64,000 nt of DNA from Longimicrobiales bacterium (lineage in GTDB: Bacteria; Gemmatimonadota; Gemmatimonadetes; Longimicrobiales; Gaopeijiaceae), in NCBI GenBank assembly GCA_965238005.1, contig OZ250165.1:3680001-3744000 (forward strand). Reading direction: 5' to 3'. A model generated the notes under the pieces. It worked only from the letters and a program-made list of their open reading frames with translations. It did not search any database and was not told the DNA's origin. This document shows positions 52,478-62,791 of the stretch, in pieces (position 1 is the stretch's first letter; every line of letters starts with the position of its first letter). A program made the translations under genes and the position numbers.

Positions 52478-54730
52478 TCAGAACGCCTGCCCGATGCTCA
52501 GGTGGAGCTGGAGGCGACGCAGGGAGAATCGGCCGGTGGGGCCGAAGGCCACGGGGGGCCCCAGAACGGCCAGCTCGTCCACGAGCACGAAGTCGAGGGT
52601 CTCCTCCGTGCCGTTCACGAAGCGGGTGATCCTGTCCGACTCGTCGTCACGAGTCGGGTCGAAGGGTCGGATCTGGGAGGTCACGACCTGCAGATCTTCG
52701 ACCCCACGGAAGCGGTAGCCCAAGTCGATGCGAATGGGCCCAACGGGGCTCAGGTAACGGACGCCCACACCCGGCGCCACCTCGAACCTGCTTGTGGCCC
52801 CGGACTCTGCCTCGGCCCAGATCCGGCCGAAGTCGGCGAAGATGGCGGCCTCTACCCGGGCTCCCAGGGGCACCCGGTACTCGAGCCCTCCCTCGACGAC
52901 GACGCGGCCGCCGGTGGGCCGGGGAGTCCCGAAGGCCCGGTCATCCAACGGATTCGCGTTGCAAGTAACGTCAACGATCTCCCCGGGCGTGCAGGGCGGC
53001 CCCACGGTCTCCGACACCGAAGAGAGGAGCCGGGTGACGTCCACCGTGAGGACCCGCGGTCCGAGCTGGTTCTGGGCGAAGCCCCGCACGCTGTTCGCGC
53101 CGCCGGCGTAGAACCGCTTCTGCGGGTGGATGATGTCGGCGCTTCCGCCCAACAGGCTGAATGTGCCCGCGCCGATCCAGCCGGCCTGGACCCTGACCGC
53201 GAACACCTGGCCATGGCTGGCCTGCTGATACCTCGTCACGCCGGCGAAGACCCGGTTGTACTCGAAGTCCGATCCCGTGACGCTCGAGGCGTGCTCCACG
53301 TTCAAGAGCGCCTGATAGCCCTGGGTGGGGTTCAGGAGGCTGTTGGTGCGATCGCGCACGACTTTGAAGGCCAGAGGCGCCAGCCAGTTGGGATCCTGAA
53401 GGCCGGAGATGTCCTCAGGGGTGCATACGAGGAAGGTGGTGCAGAAGAACACCTCTGCCGCCTCGAGCTGGGTGAGCTGGGGCCGATAGGCGAAGCTGAG
53501 AGACGTGTACGGCCCCACGTTACGCGACAAGGACAGATCGAGACCGATGGCCTGGCGGACGAACACGTCCTGGAGGCTTTGGCGCTCGTGGAACAAGCTC
53601 GCACCAAGGGCGAAGCGCTGGCTGAAGATCCACGGTTGGCTGAAGTCGGCCGACACCAGCCAGTTGAGGCCCCCGAAGTCGCCGACGCCCGACTGCCGAC
53701 AGATCTCGTCGTGCAGGTCTTCGGACATGAGGTTGGACAGACGTGCCCGAGCCTGAAGACGGCGCGCCCCGCCAAAGAAATTCCGGCTCGTCCACCGGCC
53801 CTCGGTATTCACGCAGTCCGAGGTGCTCCACCCCGCTCCCGTCCTCACCCGATGCACGTTGCCCTCGGTCACCCTGACCTGAAGGGGCACGACGGTATCG
53901 GGAAGCGACCCCGCCGGATCCACCGTCTCGTCTATGGAGGCGTGCTGGATCATCTCGATGGAGTAGAGGTTGCGCTGCGCCTCGAGCCTACGGGCTTGCG
54001 AGTACTCCTGGCCCTCCTGGAATGGCAGCATGCGCCGGATCACTCCCTCGGAGAGCTTCTGACGGCCCACGACGGTGACCGGGCCGAAGACGGCATGGGG
54101 CCCCTCGTCCACATCGAAGGTCACGTGGGCTTCGTAGGGCGTATTGGCCGGGACCAGAGACGTGCGCATCACGTCCGCGCGGGGATATCCGCGGTTCTGG
54201 AGCCGCTGGATCAACGTGTCCCGGGCCGCGTCGAGGTCGATGGAGCTGAGAAGGTCGCCCTCGCGGATGGGCAGATCGGCGGCGAGGTCCGGTTCCTCCA
54301 GCCCTTCAATCCCCACGACGTCCAGCGTCGAGACGCGAACGGGGCGTCCCTCCTCTATCTGGAAGAGGATCGACACCCGGTCGTCGTCCGGTCGGGTGAT
54401 GACCGTATCGACCTGTGCCTCCTTGAAGCCGCGGCTGCCGTAGTAGCTCCGCAGCCTGAGGATGTCTCCGGGAAGCTCGCGCTCATTGAGCGACTGATGG
54501 CTGATGCTGAACCCCGCGCCGAAAGCGCAGAACGGAGCCAAGACGAACGAGCGGCACCGTGTCTCGCGATTGAAGATGGCCCGGGAGAGGGAGTCGTCCG
54601 GGAACGCCACGTTGCCCCTGAAGTCGATGCTGCTGAGCTCCACCTGGGAAGCCTGGGCAGCCAGGGTGCCGGAGCCCGCGCCTGCGAGCGCCAGCAGGGC
54701 CGGGAGCGCGAAGAGGGTGGCGGCGCGCAT
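52478..54730 (-). CDS. BamA/TamA (Omp85) family outer-membrane protein
   Basis: Signal peptide, POTRA repeats, FYAGGANSVRGF, SPVGPIRIDLG and terminal IGQAF. Confidence 0.92.
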   Translation of the reverse strand: MRAATLFALPALLALAGAGSGTLAAQASQVELSSIDFRGNVAFPDDSLSRAIFNRETRCRSFVLAPFCAFGAGFSISHQSLNERELPGDILRLRSYYGSRGFKEAQVDTVITRPDDDRVSILFQIEEGRPVRVSTLDVVGIEGLEEPDLAADLPIREGDLLSSIDLDAARDTLIQRLQNRGYPRADVMRTSLVPANTPYEAHVTFDVDEGPHAVFGPVTVVGRQKLSEGVIRRMLPFQEGQEYSQARRLEAQRNLYSIEMIQHASIDETVDPAGSLPDTVVPLQVRVTEGNVHRVRTGAGWSTSDCVNTEGRWTSRNFFGGARRLQARARLSNLMSEDLHDEICRQSGVGDFGGLNWLVSADFSQPWIFSQRFALGASLFHERQSLQDVFVRQAIGLDLSLSRNVGPYTSLSFAYRPQLTQLEAAEVFFCTTFLVCTPEDISGLQDPNWLAPLAFKVVRDRTNSLLNPTQGYQALLNVEHASSVTGSDFEYNRVFAGVTRYQQASHGQVFAVRVQAGWIGAGTFSLLGGSADIIHPQKRFYAGGANSVRGFAQNQLGPRVLTVDVTRLLSSVSETVGPPCTPGEIVDVTCNANPLDDRAFGTPRPTGGRVVVEGGLEYRVPLGARVEAAIFADFGRIWAEAESGATSRFEVAPGVGVRYLSPVGPIRIDLGYRFRGVEDLQVVTSQIRPFDPTRDDESDRITRFVNGTEETLDFVLVDELAVLGPPVAFGPTGRFSLRRLQLHLSIGQAF

Positions 54731-54738
54731 GCCCGGTC

Positions 54739-54781
54739 CTAGTGTCCCGTCCCAGAAGTTCGCTGGCATCCGGAACACTAG
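54739..54781. mobile_element. 43-bp internally deleted MITE
   Basis: CTAG-TGTCCCGTCCCAGAAGTTCGC...CGGAACA-CTAG; supplies the TAG stop of the small upstream gene. Confidence 0.78.
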
Positions 54782-54975
54782 CCGTCCGTGTCCGCCGCGA
54801 GAGACAAGTCGGCCCCGGTCTTCCGAAGCCGCTTCGGGGCCTCCCTTTCGAGGCCCTCCCGTGCCAGGAACATGCGCACGAAGTAGAACGACACGGCGCC
54901 CACGCCCAGAGCAACTGCCAGAGCGCCCAGGGTCTCCCGCGGGCCGGGTTCCCGGTGGACGTAGAACCGGGTCAC
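54778..54975 (-). CDS. Small single-TM hypothetical protein (65 aa)
   Basis: GTGA overlap with the upstream stop; TM segment TLGALAVALGVGAVSFYFVRMFL. Confidence 0.65.
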   Translation of the reverse strand: MTRFYVHREPGPRETLGALAVALGVGAVSFYFVRMFLAREGLEREAPKRLRKTGADLSLAADTDG

Positions 54976-55829
54976 GAGCGTCGCGGGATGGACGTGGGCG
55001 CACGGGCGACGAAGCGGTCCTGGTCCTCCTCGAACCAGTGCGGGGTCACCACGATCTCGTGGGCACCGATCTTTAGCACGTTCAAGCTGTTTCTCCCCCT
55101 CTCGGCCATGCGGCCGCGGTTCGACGTGGCCGTGCCGCTGTGGACGATGGCCACCTCTCTGTGAGCCCCGCAGGTGGTGGCCGAGTCCGGACCCGACACG
55201 GCTCCGCCGACCGAGCCCCCGCCCGACGATCTCACTACGTAGCTTCTGTGGACGTGCCCGCTCAGGATCAGCTCGACCCCCATCTCCCGGAAACTGTCGA
55301 GCAGCATGCCACTTCCCGGGAGGATGTTGTCCGATCCACCATCCCGCGGGCGGGCGAGCGGATGGTGCGTCACCAGGATGCGAACGTCCTCCCGGGCACA
55401 CTCCTGAAAGATACGTGCCGCGAACTCGAGTTGCCTGCCCCTGAGCCGTCCATTGACGATGGCCCGGTGCGGCTCGGCCGAGCACAAAGCCACGAAAACC
55501 GCTCCCTCCACGCGGGTCACGCTGTCCAGATCGGACGAGATGTACGTGCGGTAATTGCGCAGCGGATTGATAAGCCGCTCATGCACCCGGTAGAGGGGAA
55601 CGTCGTGATTCCCCGGCGTGACGATGACCGGAACGTCCGGCAGTGTATCCAGGCACTCGCGGGCCTGCTTGTACTCCCGGACTTTGGCCCGTTGCGTGAA
55701 GTCACCGGCGAGGACGATGACGTCGGGCTCGGCCCGGCGCACCGCCTCGTGGAAGGCGGCGGCGACACGCGCTAGATGCGGTTTCCCGAAGTGGAGGTCC
55801 GACCCCTGAAGGATCGTGAGCATCCTCAC
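54972..55829 (-). CDS. Metallophosphoesterase (CpdA-like)
   Basis: SDLHFG, GDFT, PGNHD, THHP, SGHVH. Confidence 0.92.
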   Translation of the reverse strand: MRMLTILQGSDLHFGKPHLARVAAAFHEAVRRAEPDVIVLAGDFTQRAKVREYKQARECLDTLPDVPVIVTPGNHDVPLYRVHERLINPLRNYRTYISSDLDSVTRVEGAVFVALCSAEPHRAIVNGRLRGRQLEFAARIFQECAREDVRILVTHHPLARPRDGGSDNILPGSGMLLDSFREMGVELILSGHVHRSYVVRSSGGGSVGGAVSGPDSATTCGAHREVAIVHSGTATSNRGRMAERGRNSLNVLKIGAHEIVVTPHWFEEDQDRFVARAPTSIPRRS

Positions 55830-55847
55830 CTCAGCTCCGCGGGCCCG

Positions 55848-56705
55848 TCAGGCCGGGGCCTCCGCCGGCTTCCTTCCCGCAGCCACAGTGCGATTCACTC
55901 CCCACACGCTGAGGATGATGAGCGACATTGCGATGAGCTGCGCGAGGGTGAACGGTCCCAGGAAGCGATCATCCTTGACCCGCACGAACTCCACGAGGAA
56001 CCGCTCGAAGCTGAGCATGGCCAGGCAGATCCACCAGAGCCACCCCGCCCCGTGCTCGTGGATGCGTAGTCGCCAGAGGACCACGAAGATCAGGCTGGCC
56101 AGGACGATCTCGTAGAGCTGGGTGGGGTGGACCGGAACCACCTGCCCGAACTGCTCGACGAGGGTGGGATCGACCTGGATTCCGAACTGGCTCTCGAGCA
56201 CGTCGACACGGGTGGGCGGTGTCCCCTGTGGGAAGCGAATGCCGACCCACGATCCCGTGGGACGCCCGTAGTCGTCCCCCACCAGGAAGCAGCCCATGCG
56301 GCCCACGGCATATCCGATGGCCAGGGTAGGGGCACCGACGTCGGCCGTCCTGGCGAGCGGCAGCTTCCTCCTCTTGATCTCCCAGACGATGAGCGCCACA
56401 GCGCCTCCGAAGCCGCCGTACCACACCATCCCTCCCCGGGAAAAGATCGCCCGCACGGGATCCTCGAAGAGCCGGGGGTAGTTCAGGAGCACGTAATAGA
56501 GCTTCGCCCCCACTATGCCCCCCAGGACCGCCATGAAGAGCAGGTCCCACGCCCTCTCGGGATCCATCCCCGCCCGATCCATCTCCGGCCGCAGCAGCAC
56601 CCCGGCGGTGAGGAACGAAAGGAACATGAACACCCCGAAGGACGTGATGGGCTCACCGCCCATGAAGGGCAACCACTCGGGAAGACGGAAGAAGATGGGG
56701 TACAC
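55848..56705 (-). CDS. lgt: Prolipoprotein diacylglyceryl transferase
   Basis: GGMVWYGG, GRMGCF, HPTQLYE, RFLVEFVR. Confidence 0.95.
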   Translation of the reverse strand: MYPIFFRLPEWLPFMGGEPITSFGVFMFLSFLTAGVLLRPEMDRAGMDPERAWDLLFMAVLGGIVGAKLYYVLLNYPRLFEDPVRAIFSRGGMVWYGGFGGAVALIVWEIKRRKLPLARTADVGAPTLAIGYAVGRMGCFLVGDDYGRPTGSWVGIRFPQGTPPTRVDVLESQFGIQVDPTLVEQFGQVVPVHPTQLYEIVLASLIFVVLWRLRIHEHGAGWLWWICLAMLSFERFLVEFVRVKDDRFLGPFTLAQLIAMSLIILSVWGVNRTVAAGRKPAEAPA

Positions 56706-56718
56706 GCTCAGTGTCCTC

Positions 56719-57771
56719 TCATGCCGAGGCCCTCACCAGCCCCGGAAACGGGAGGTTCGGATCCGCGGACGCGTTCAGGGCCGCGATGTCTCCGCGCTCC
56801 AATCGATAGGCACCAGCCCGGGCTACCATGGCTCCGTTGTCCAGCGAGAGCCGAGGCGACGCGTGGAACAGGGCTCCCTCGGTACCAAACCGTCGGCCCA
56901 GCTCCTCTCGCAACCGTGCGTTGGCCGAGACCCCACCCCCCAGGAGCACTCGCGAGCAGCCGGTCTCCTCCACGGCCCGGAGCGTCTTGCTCGTCAGAAC
57001 CTCCACCACTGCCGCCTGGAAGGACGCCGCCACGTGCTTCCGCTCGTCGTCCAGTGTGCCGAGGCTGTCGAGCTCCGAAACGAGGGTCGCCACGGCTGTC
57101 TTGAGCCCGCTGAAGGAGAAGTCGTAGAAGTCGGCATCGCCGGGTCGCTGGTTCGAGCGCAACATGGGCCGCGGCAACCGGTGGCGGGTCTCGTCTCCTT
57201 CAGAGCCGAGGGCCTGGATGGCAGGGCCCCCCGGATAGGGAAGCCCGAGCAGCTTGGCCACCTTGTCGAATGCCTCGCCCGCCGCGTCGTCCCGCGTCTC
57301 CCCCAGGAGGTAGTACTCACCCCAGGCCGGCGCGTGGAGCAGGATGGTGTGACCACCCGAGACCAGAAGCGCCACGAAGGGCGGCTCCGCGTCGGGGTCC
57401 TCCAGCGAGGGGGCGAAGAGGTGGGCCTCCATGTGGTGGACGGCAGCCAGGGGCTTGCCGAGCCCGAAGGCCAGAGCCTTCGCCCAGGAGACGCCCACCA
57501 GAAGCGCCCCGATGAGGCCCGGTCCTGCCGTGACGGCCACCGCGTCCAGGTCCTCGAAGCCGCACCCCGCTTCCCTGAGAGTCTCCCCCACCACGTCGTC
57601 GATCCGCTGGAGGTGGACCCGGGCGGCTATCTCGGGGACGACGCCCCCATACAGGGCGTGCTCGTCCTGGGAGAGGATCACGTGGCCACGGAGGGTGGTG
57701 GGCGCCTCGAGGAGGGCCGCCGCCGTCTCGTCACAGCTCGTCTCGAGGCCCAGGATGAGCCGTCCGCTCAT
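56719..57771 (-). CDS. tsaD: tRNA N6-adenosine threonylcarbamoyltransferase
   Basis: LGLETSCDETA, GGVVPEIA, HHMEAH, VSGGHT, DDAAGEAFDK, FSFSGLKT. Confidence 0.98.
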   Translation of the reverse strand: MSGRLILGLETSCDETAAALLEAPTTLRGHVILSQDEHALYGGVVPEIAARVHLQRIDDVVGETLREAGCGFEDLDAVAVTAGPGLIGALLVGVSWAKALAFGLGKPLAAVHHMEAHLFAPSLEDPDAEPPFVALLVSGGHTILLHAPAWGEYYLLGETRDDAAGEAFDKVAKLLGLPYPGGPAIQALGSEGDETRHRLPRPMLRSNQRPGDADFYDFSFSGLKTAVATLVSELDSLGTLDDERKHVAASFQAAVVEVLTSKTLRAVEETGCSRVLLGGGVSANARLREELGRRFGTEGALFHASPRLSLDNGAMVARAGAYRLERGDIAALNASADPNLPFPGLVRASA

Positions 57772-58739
57772 GGCTCCATCTGCCGGCGGACCACTACGGT
57801 GTCCACGGCCGACGAGACGGACATATACGAGGGGAGGCCCTCCACGACGATGGGCACCCTCCGCTCCTCGGCCTCGCCCAAGCCCAGCAGCTCGGAAGAC
57901 GGCACGACGACCCGCAGGCGACGTGGGTCCAGATTCGTGACCTGCGTCCGCGCGCCCCGGAGTGTGAGCCGTACCGTGGCGGGGAGGATTTCCACCGTAC
58001 CGCCCGCCTCCTCGAACTCGGCCCCGATGTCGGCCAAAACAGGAACGGACGTCAGCACCCGGTCGATGGACTCCTCGACGGGGATCCTCAGGGTGATCGC
58101 CACAGGGATCACCGTCAAGCGGGCCAGCCCCGTGGTGTCGACGGTAGTCTGAACGGCACCCCGCTCGTCCACCTGACCCAGATCCACGGGAACGATGTCC
58201 AGCGAATCCAGCTGCCGCACCAGACTTGCGGGCCCGCTGACCCGTACCGCGCTCGGCGTGACGGACAAGGACCGGGTCAAGGCCAGATACTCGGGAAGGC
58301 TGCCTCGGGTGGTGATGCGAACCGGAACCGAAGCCGTCTCCACGTGATCGAGGTGTAGGTGCACCGTGCTCGGGAGTATCTCCTCCACCGTGACACCTGG
58401 GTAGCGGTCTACGGGAATCCACCCGTTCTGAAGAGCGATGACCATCTCCTCGCCGGCGACCTCGGTGACGGGCACGGTGATGGAGACGCCGTCGAGAGCC
58501 GTGAGGCGAAAGACCTCCGTCGGCGGACCGCTGAATCGCACGTTGACGCTTGGGGGCACCGGATCGTCCATGAGGATCCAATCGGGATCGTTCAGGCTGA
58601 CGTTGACCGGGATGGAGACGGCCCGCTGGTCGGGCGCTCCCACGCGAACCAGAGCCCAAAGGAAGAGAGCCATGGCGAAAGCCGCCACCTTGAGCCGCCA
58701 GTTGCTGGCGAGCGATCTGTCGAAGGTACGGGATCTCAC
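57768..58739 (-). CDS. YbbR/CdaR-like domain protein
   Basis: NWRLKVAAFAMALFLW membrane anchor followed by three repeats with a P..V.V..SGP pattern. Confidence 0.85.
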   Translation of the reverse strand: MRSRTFDRSLASNWRLKVAAFAMALFLWALVRVGAPDQRAVSIPVNVSLNDPDWILMDDPVPPSVNVRFSGPPTEVFRLTALDGVSITVPVTEVAGEEMVIALQNGWIPVDRYPGVTVEEILPSTVHLHLDHVETASVPVRITTRGSLPEYLALTRSLSVTPSAVRVSGPASLVRQLDSLDIVPVDLGQVDERGAVQTTVDTTGLARLTVIPVAITLRIPVEESIDRVLTSVPVLADIGAEFEEAGGTVEILPATVRLTLRGARTQVTNLDPRRLRVVVPSSELLGLGEAEERRVPIVVEGLPSYMSVSSAVDTVVVRRQMEP

Positions 58740-58771
58740 GACCTAGCCGATCGTCGGAGTTGGGCGGGGAG

Positions 58772-59353
58772 TCACTCCGTTGCCGCCAAGAGCCGCCGGA
58801 TCAGCTCCTGATGATCGGGCGCATCCCATTCGGTCCCACCAGCCACTTTCTTGTAGATGATCCCGTCCCTGCCGACCAGGAAGGTTTCGGGCACTCCGGT
58901 GGTCTGATACACCTTCTGGATGCCACCAGAGGGATCGTGGAGCAAGGGGAACGTCAGACCCAAAGAATCGGCGAACGCCTGGATGTCGCCCCCGGGGCGT
59001 CCGAACAGATCGAAGGTCCCGGCCTCGGCGTCGATGCTCACGGCCAGGATCTCCAGGCCCTCGTCGGCGAACTCCTTGTAGAGGCGCTCCATGGAGGGCA
59101 TCTCGTACCGGCATGGACCGCACCAGGTCGCCCAGATGCTCACCATGACGACGTGGCCTCGATGGTCGCTCAGGCGGACGATATCGCCGTCCAGATCGGC
59201 CACCGCGAACTCGGGTGCAGGGGTGCCGGGGATCACGGGTTGGAGCCGATCCCGATTGACCCACGCCACGAGCACCACGAGAGCCAGGCCCAAAAGGGCG
59301 AAAGCGTAAGGGAGGCGGGAGTATCTCGGCTTTCGAGTGTCGTCCGAGGTCAT
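58772..59353 (-). CDS. TlpA/ResA family thiol:disulfide oxidoreductase
   Basis: TM anchor, WATWCGPCRYEMP and GVPET. Confidence 0.93.
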   Translation of the reverse strand: MTSDDTRKPRYSRLPYAFALLGLALVVLVAWVNRDRLQPVIPGTPAPEFAVADLDGDIVRLSDHRGHVVMVSIWATWCGPCRYEMPSMERLYKEFADEGLEILAVSIDAEAGTFDLFGRPGGDIQAFADSLGLTFPLLHDPSGGIQKVYQTTGVPETFLVGRDGIIYKKVAGGTEWDAPDHQELIRRLLAATE

Positions 59354-59400
59354 GTCATCACTGGCCTGAGGTCCGTCATCTGCTACGGAAGTGAATCTAA

Positions 59401-60309
59401 TTAGTTCCTACGGTTCCTGCGCGTGTTGGAGCGCCGCCCGATGACCAGACGAACGGGGCTTCCCGGGGGCAGCAGGCTGTCCGCCTGGGGGTCCTGCTCG
59501 ACGACCCGCCCCCGGTCGCGGCCGAAGCGGAATCGGGTGAGTATCTCCGACACCACGAACCCCAGCGAGTCCAGCATCGCTTCGGCCATGGCCTGCTCGA
59601 TTCCCAGGAGCAGAGGCATGGCCACCAGGCGTGGCCCGGTGCTCACCGCGATCCTGACCTCCATGGGCAGATCCACTTCCGTGCCCGGCTCGGGGAGCAC
59701 TTCCACGACCCGGCCGGCCGGCAGATCGGCCTCCAGGCTGTCCACCGCCACCGTGAACCCACTCGCTTCCAGCACGTTGCGGGCCCAACCCTCCCTGAAA
59801 CGGACGACGTCGGGCACCGGTCGTCGCACGGGGCCGAGGCTCAGCGTCAGGTTGACGGTGTCTCCGGCCACCGAGAGCTGACCGGCCAGAGGGCTCTGGC
59901 CAAGAACTTGGCCTCTGACCGCCGTGGGGTGGCTGAACGAGTCCACCACCGCCATGTGTAGCCCCGCGGCCTGAACCGCCTGGAGGGCGGCCGAGCGATC
60001 GACGCCGCGCACGTCGGGGATCTCGAAGAGGTCCCGGGGGCGCGGGGGGACCGGGAAGAGGACCCGCGTGGCCAGGACGTAGCCGAGCCCGAACCCCACG
60101 AACAGCGTAGAGGCCACCACGCCCCACGTGCCGCGCGAGGGTCTGTAGCTCCGCAGGTTGTGCCACCACGTCTCGAGGGCCGCCCGAAGGCGTCTTCGGC
60201 CACCGTGGCGCCTTCGTCGAATCGAGCTGCCTAGTCTCATCCCTGCCGCTCTAGCCTCATCGCTTCCGTTCTTGCCTGTCTTCCCTGAGTCTGCCATCAG
60301 GCTGCCCAT
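59401..60309 (-). CDS. Membrane-anchored PASTA-domain protein (three PASTA domains)
   Basis: TM helix followed by IPDVRG, VPDVV and MPLLLG repeats with GQV/GRV..P motifs. Start uncertain. Confidence 0.88.
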   Translation of the reverse strand: MGSLMADSGKTGKNGSDEARAAGMRLGSSIRRRRHGGRRRLRAALETWWHNLRSYRPSRGTWGVVASTLFVGFGLGYVLATRVLFPVPPRPRDLFEIPDVRGVDRSAALQAVQAAGLHMAVVDSFSHPTAVRGQVLGQSPLAGQLSVAGDTVNLTLSLGPVRRPVPDVVRFREGWARNVLEASGFTVAVDSLEADLPAGRVVEVLPEPGTEVDLPMEVRIAVSTGPRLVAMPLLLGIEQAMAEAMLDSLGFVVSEILTRFRFGRDRGRVVEQDPQADSLLPPGSPVRLVIGRRSNTRRNRRN

Positions 60310-60330
60310 CCTCGGCGCGTCGGCTCGCCG

Positions 60331-61674
60331 CTACGCTCTTCTCAGTCGGGCCGCGAACGCGCCGTCGAACGCGGATTCCTGGGGCAGCACGTAAAGCTGT
60401 CCCCGCTCGTCCAGATACGCCTCGTTCACGCCCGAGCTCGGCTCCAGTTCGAACTCCGGATGCCGCTCCAGAAACGCGGAAATCCGATCTTCGTTCTCCT
60501 CCGGCTCCAGGCTGCACGTTGAGTACACCAGACGGCCCCCGCTCGGTACTACGCTCGTGCACGCCTCCAGGATGCGCTCCTGAAGTGCCACCAGCTCGTT
60601 CAGCCGCTCGGGAGTGAGCTTCCAGCGTGCGTCCGGATTCCTTCGGAGCGCGCCGGTCCCCGTACACGGCACGTCTAGCAGAGCCATGTCGGCACCCTCC
60701 ACTATGGGGGCAAGGGCGTCCGCCTGCATCACGGACACACTGAAGCCCGGACTCTCCCAAAGCCCGTCGGTGAGCCTTTCCGCATTCTCCCGTACCAACC
60801 GCAGGCGCTCCAGGGACCGGTCCGCCGCCAGCACCACGTTCCCCCGGGCGGCCAGGGCCATGGCCTTCCCGCCGGGCGCCGCGCACAGGTCGGCCACCCG
60901 ATCTCCGGGCTCCGGATCCGCGTACGGCACCACCAGGGCGGCTGCCGGATCCTGCACTACCGACGGGACCTCTGCCATGGCCTCCACGGGGGAGGATTCC
61001 CCGAGGAGCACAACACATCCCGTGCCAGAACCCACCGGCTCGGCCTCGATGCCGGCACCTGCCAGGAGTTCCACGGCCTCCTCGGGAGTTTCCCGGAGAC
61101 ACCGGAGATAGATGGGGGGCACCACATTGTTCGCTTTGACGAGGCGCCCGACCTGTGCCGGGGACCACCGCCCGAGCCAGCGCTCCACGAGCCACCGGGG
61201 ATGGGATCCCCAGGTGGACAGAAACCCCACCGGATCGGCTTCCGCGTCCGGGAAGTGCTCTTCGCCCCCACCCTCGCCGGTGGCGGCGCGAAGGACGGCG
61301 TTCACGAAGCCCGCCACACCCTTGCCCACAGCCGAGCGGGCCAGGTCCACCGCCTGCGACACGGCCGCGTACTCCGGCACGCCGTCCATGTAGAGAATCT
61401 GATACAGACCCAGGCGGAGGGCGTCCCGCACAGCGGGATCCACGGAATCGAGGCCCCTCTGAACCTTCCGGTCCAGCAGATGGTCGAGACGGCCGCGAAG
61501 CCTCTGAACTCCGTACGCCAGCTCGCGGCACCAGCCGCGCTCCCGGGGGTCGAGGGCGCGGGACGAAGCGGCAAAGGCCCGGTCCAACCGTTGACCGCGC
61601 TCGACCGCGCCGAGGATCTCCAGGGCGGCCCGCCGGCCCGGCGTCACCTCTGCCCCGGATCTGGGGGACGTCAC
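60331..61674 (-). CDS. rsmB: 16S rRNA m5C967 methyltransferase
   Basis: NusB-like N-terminal domain, QD, DLCAAPGGK, DVPCTGTG and YSTCS. Confidence 0.96.
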   Translation of the reverse strand: MTSPRSGAEVTPGRRAALEILGAVERGQRLDRAFAASSRALDPRERGWCRELAYGVQRLRGRLDHLLDRKVQRGLDSVDPAVRDALRLGLYQILYMDGVPEYAAVSQAVDLARSAVGKGVAGFVNAVLRAATGEGGGEEHFPDAEADPVGFLSTWGSHPRWLVERWLGRWSPAQVGRLVKANNVVPPIYLRCLRETPEEAVELLAGAGIEAEPVGSGTGCVVLLGESSPVEAMAEVPSVVQDPAAALVVPYADPEPGDRVADLCAAPGGKAMALAARGNVVLAADRSLERLRLVRENAERLTDGLWESPGFSVSVMQADALAPIVEGADMALLDVPCTGTGALRRNPDARWKLTPERLNELVALQERILEACTSVVPSGGRLVYSTCSLEPEENEDRISAFLERHPEFELEPSSGVNEAYLDERGQLYVLPQESAFDGAFAARLRRA

Positions 61675-61708
61675 GGCTCGGAAGCGGTCTGGGCGTCGGA
61701 GGGCGAGC

Positions 61709-62524
61709 TCAGTCCAGCATCCCCCGGGTGGGCGACGACGGAATGGCGATCTCCTTGGCCTCCATACGGCCCGCGAGATACGCCAGCCGGCCCGCCTGGA
61801 TGGCCAGCCTCATGGCGTGAGCCATGGAGACTGGATGGTCGGCCGTGGCGATGGCCGTGTTCATCAGGACCCCGTCCACTCCCTGCTCCATTGTGACGCA
61901 GGCGTCAGACGCGGTGCCCACGCCGGCGTCCACGATGATGGGAACGTCGCAGCGCCGCTTGATCTCACGGATGAAGTACGGGTTCACCACGCCCAGTCCA
62001 CTACCGATGGGACTGGCCAAGGGCATGACCGACACGCAGCCGGCGTCCTCGAGCCGGAGGGCTGTCACCACGTCGTCGTTGGTGTAGGCCATGACCTTGA
62101 AGCCTTCGTCCACCAGCGTCTTGGCGGCTTCCAGCGTGGCCTGCGTGTCAGGCAGCAGCGTCTCCTGGTCTCCGATCACCTCCAGCTTCAGCCACTCGTT
62201 GAAGCCCGCCGCCCGGGCCAGCCGGGCGTAGCGGATGGCGTCCTCGGCCGTGTAGCACCCGGCGGTGTTGGGGAGGAGGAAGAACTCGTCCGGATCCAGG
62301 TGGAAGAGGATGCCATCCTCCTGGGTGCGGTCCAGGTCGACGCGGCGAACCGCCACGGTGATCATGGCCGTCCCCGACGCCCGGATGGCCCTCACCATGG
62401 TGTCGTTGTCCGGGTATTTCCCCGTCCCGACAATCAAGCGCGAGTCGAACTCCTGATCCGCCATGCGCAGCGGATCGTCGATCGCCGCGGCCTCTGCCTG
62501 GGCCTCTATATCGGTCGGTATCAT
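61709..62524 (-). CDS. thiG: Thiazole synthase
   Basis: GTGKY, LPNTAGC, KLEVIGD, MPLASPIGSG, DAGVG. Confidence 0.98.
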   Translation of the reverse strand: MIPTDIEAQAEAAAIDDPLRMADQEFDSRLIVGTGKYPDNDTMVRAIRASGTAMITVAVRRVDLDRTQEDGILFHLDPDEFFLLPNTAGCYTAEDAIRYARLARAAGFNEWLKLEVIGDQETLLPDTQATLEAAKTLVDEGFKVMAYTNDDVVTALRLEDAGCVSVMPLASPIGSGLGVVNPYFIREIKRRCDVPIIVDAGVGTASDACVTMEQGVDGVLMNTAIATADHPVSMAHAMRLAIQAGRLAYLAGRMEAKEIAIPSSPTRGMLD

Positions 62525-62533
62525 CTCGTTCCT

Positions 62534-62770
62534 CTAGCCTCCGCCCACGAAGTGGACCAGCTCCACCTGATCTCCCTCGGAGACCTGAATCTCGCCGAAA
62601 CAGTCCCGGCTGAGGATCTCCCTGTTCAGCTCTACGACGATGAGCTTGGGGTTGAGATCCAGGGACTCGACGAGCTCCTGAACGGAGAGGCCCGAATCGA
62701 TCTCCCGGCCCTTGCCGTTGAGGCGCACGTGGATGGTCTGCCCTTCACTCATGGTCTGCTCGCTGGTCAC
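62534..62770 (-). CDS. thiS: Sulfur carrier protein ThiS
   Basis: Ubiquitin-like fold ending VHFVGGG; adjacent to thiG. Confidence 0.96.
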   Translation of the reverse strand: MTSEQTMSEGQTIHVRLNGKGREIDSGLSVQELVESLDLNPKLIVVELNREILSRDCFGEIQVSEGDQVELVHFVGGG

Positions 62771-62791
62771 GGTCGTTTTCGCCCCGGCGTC

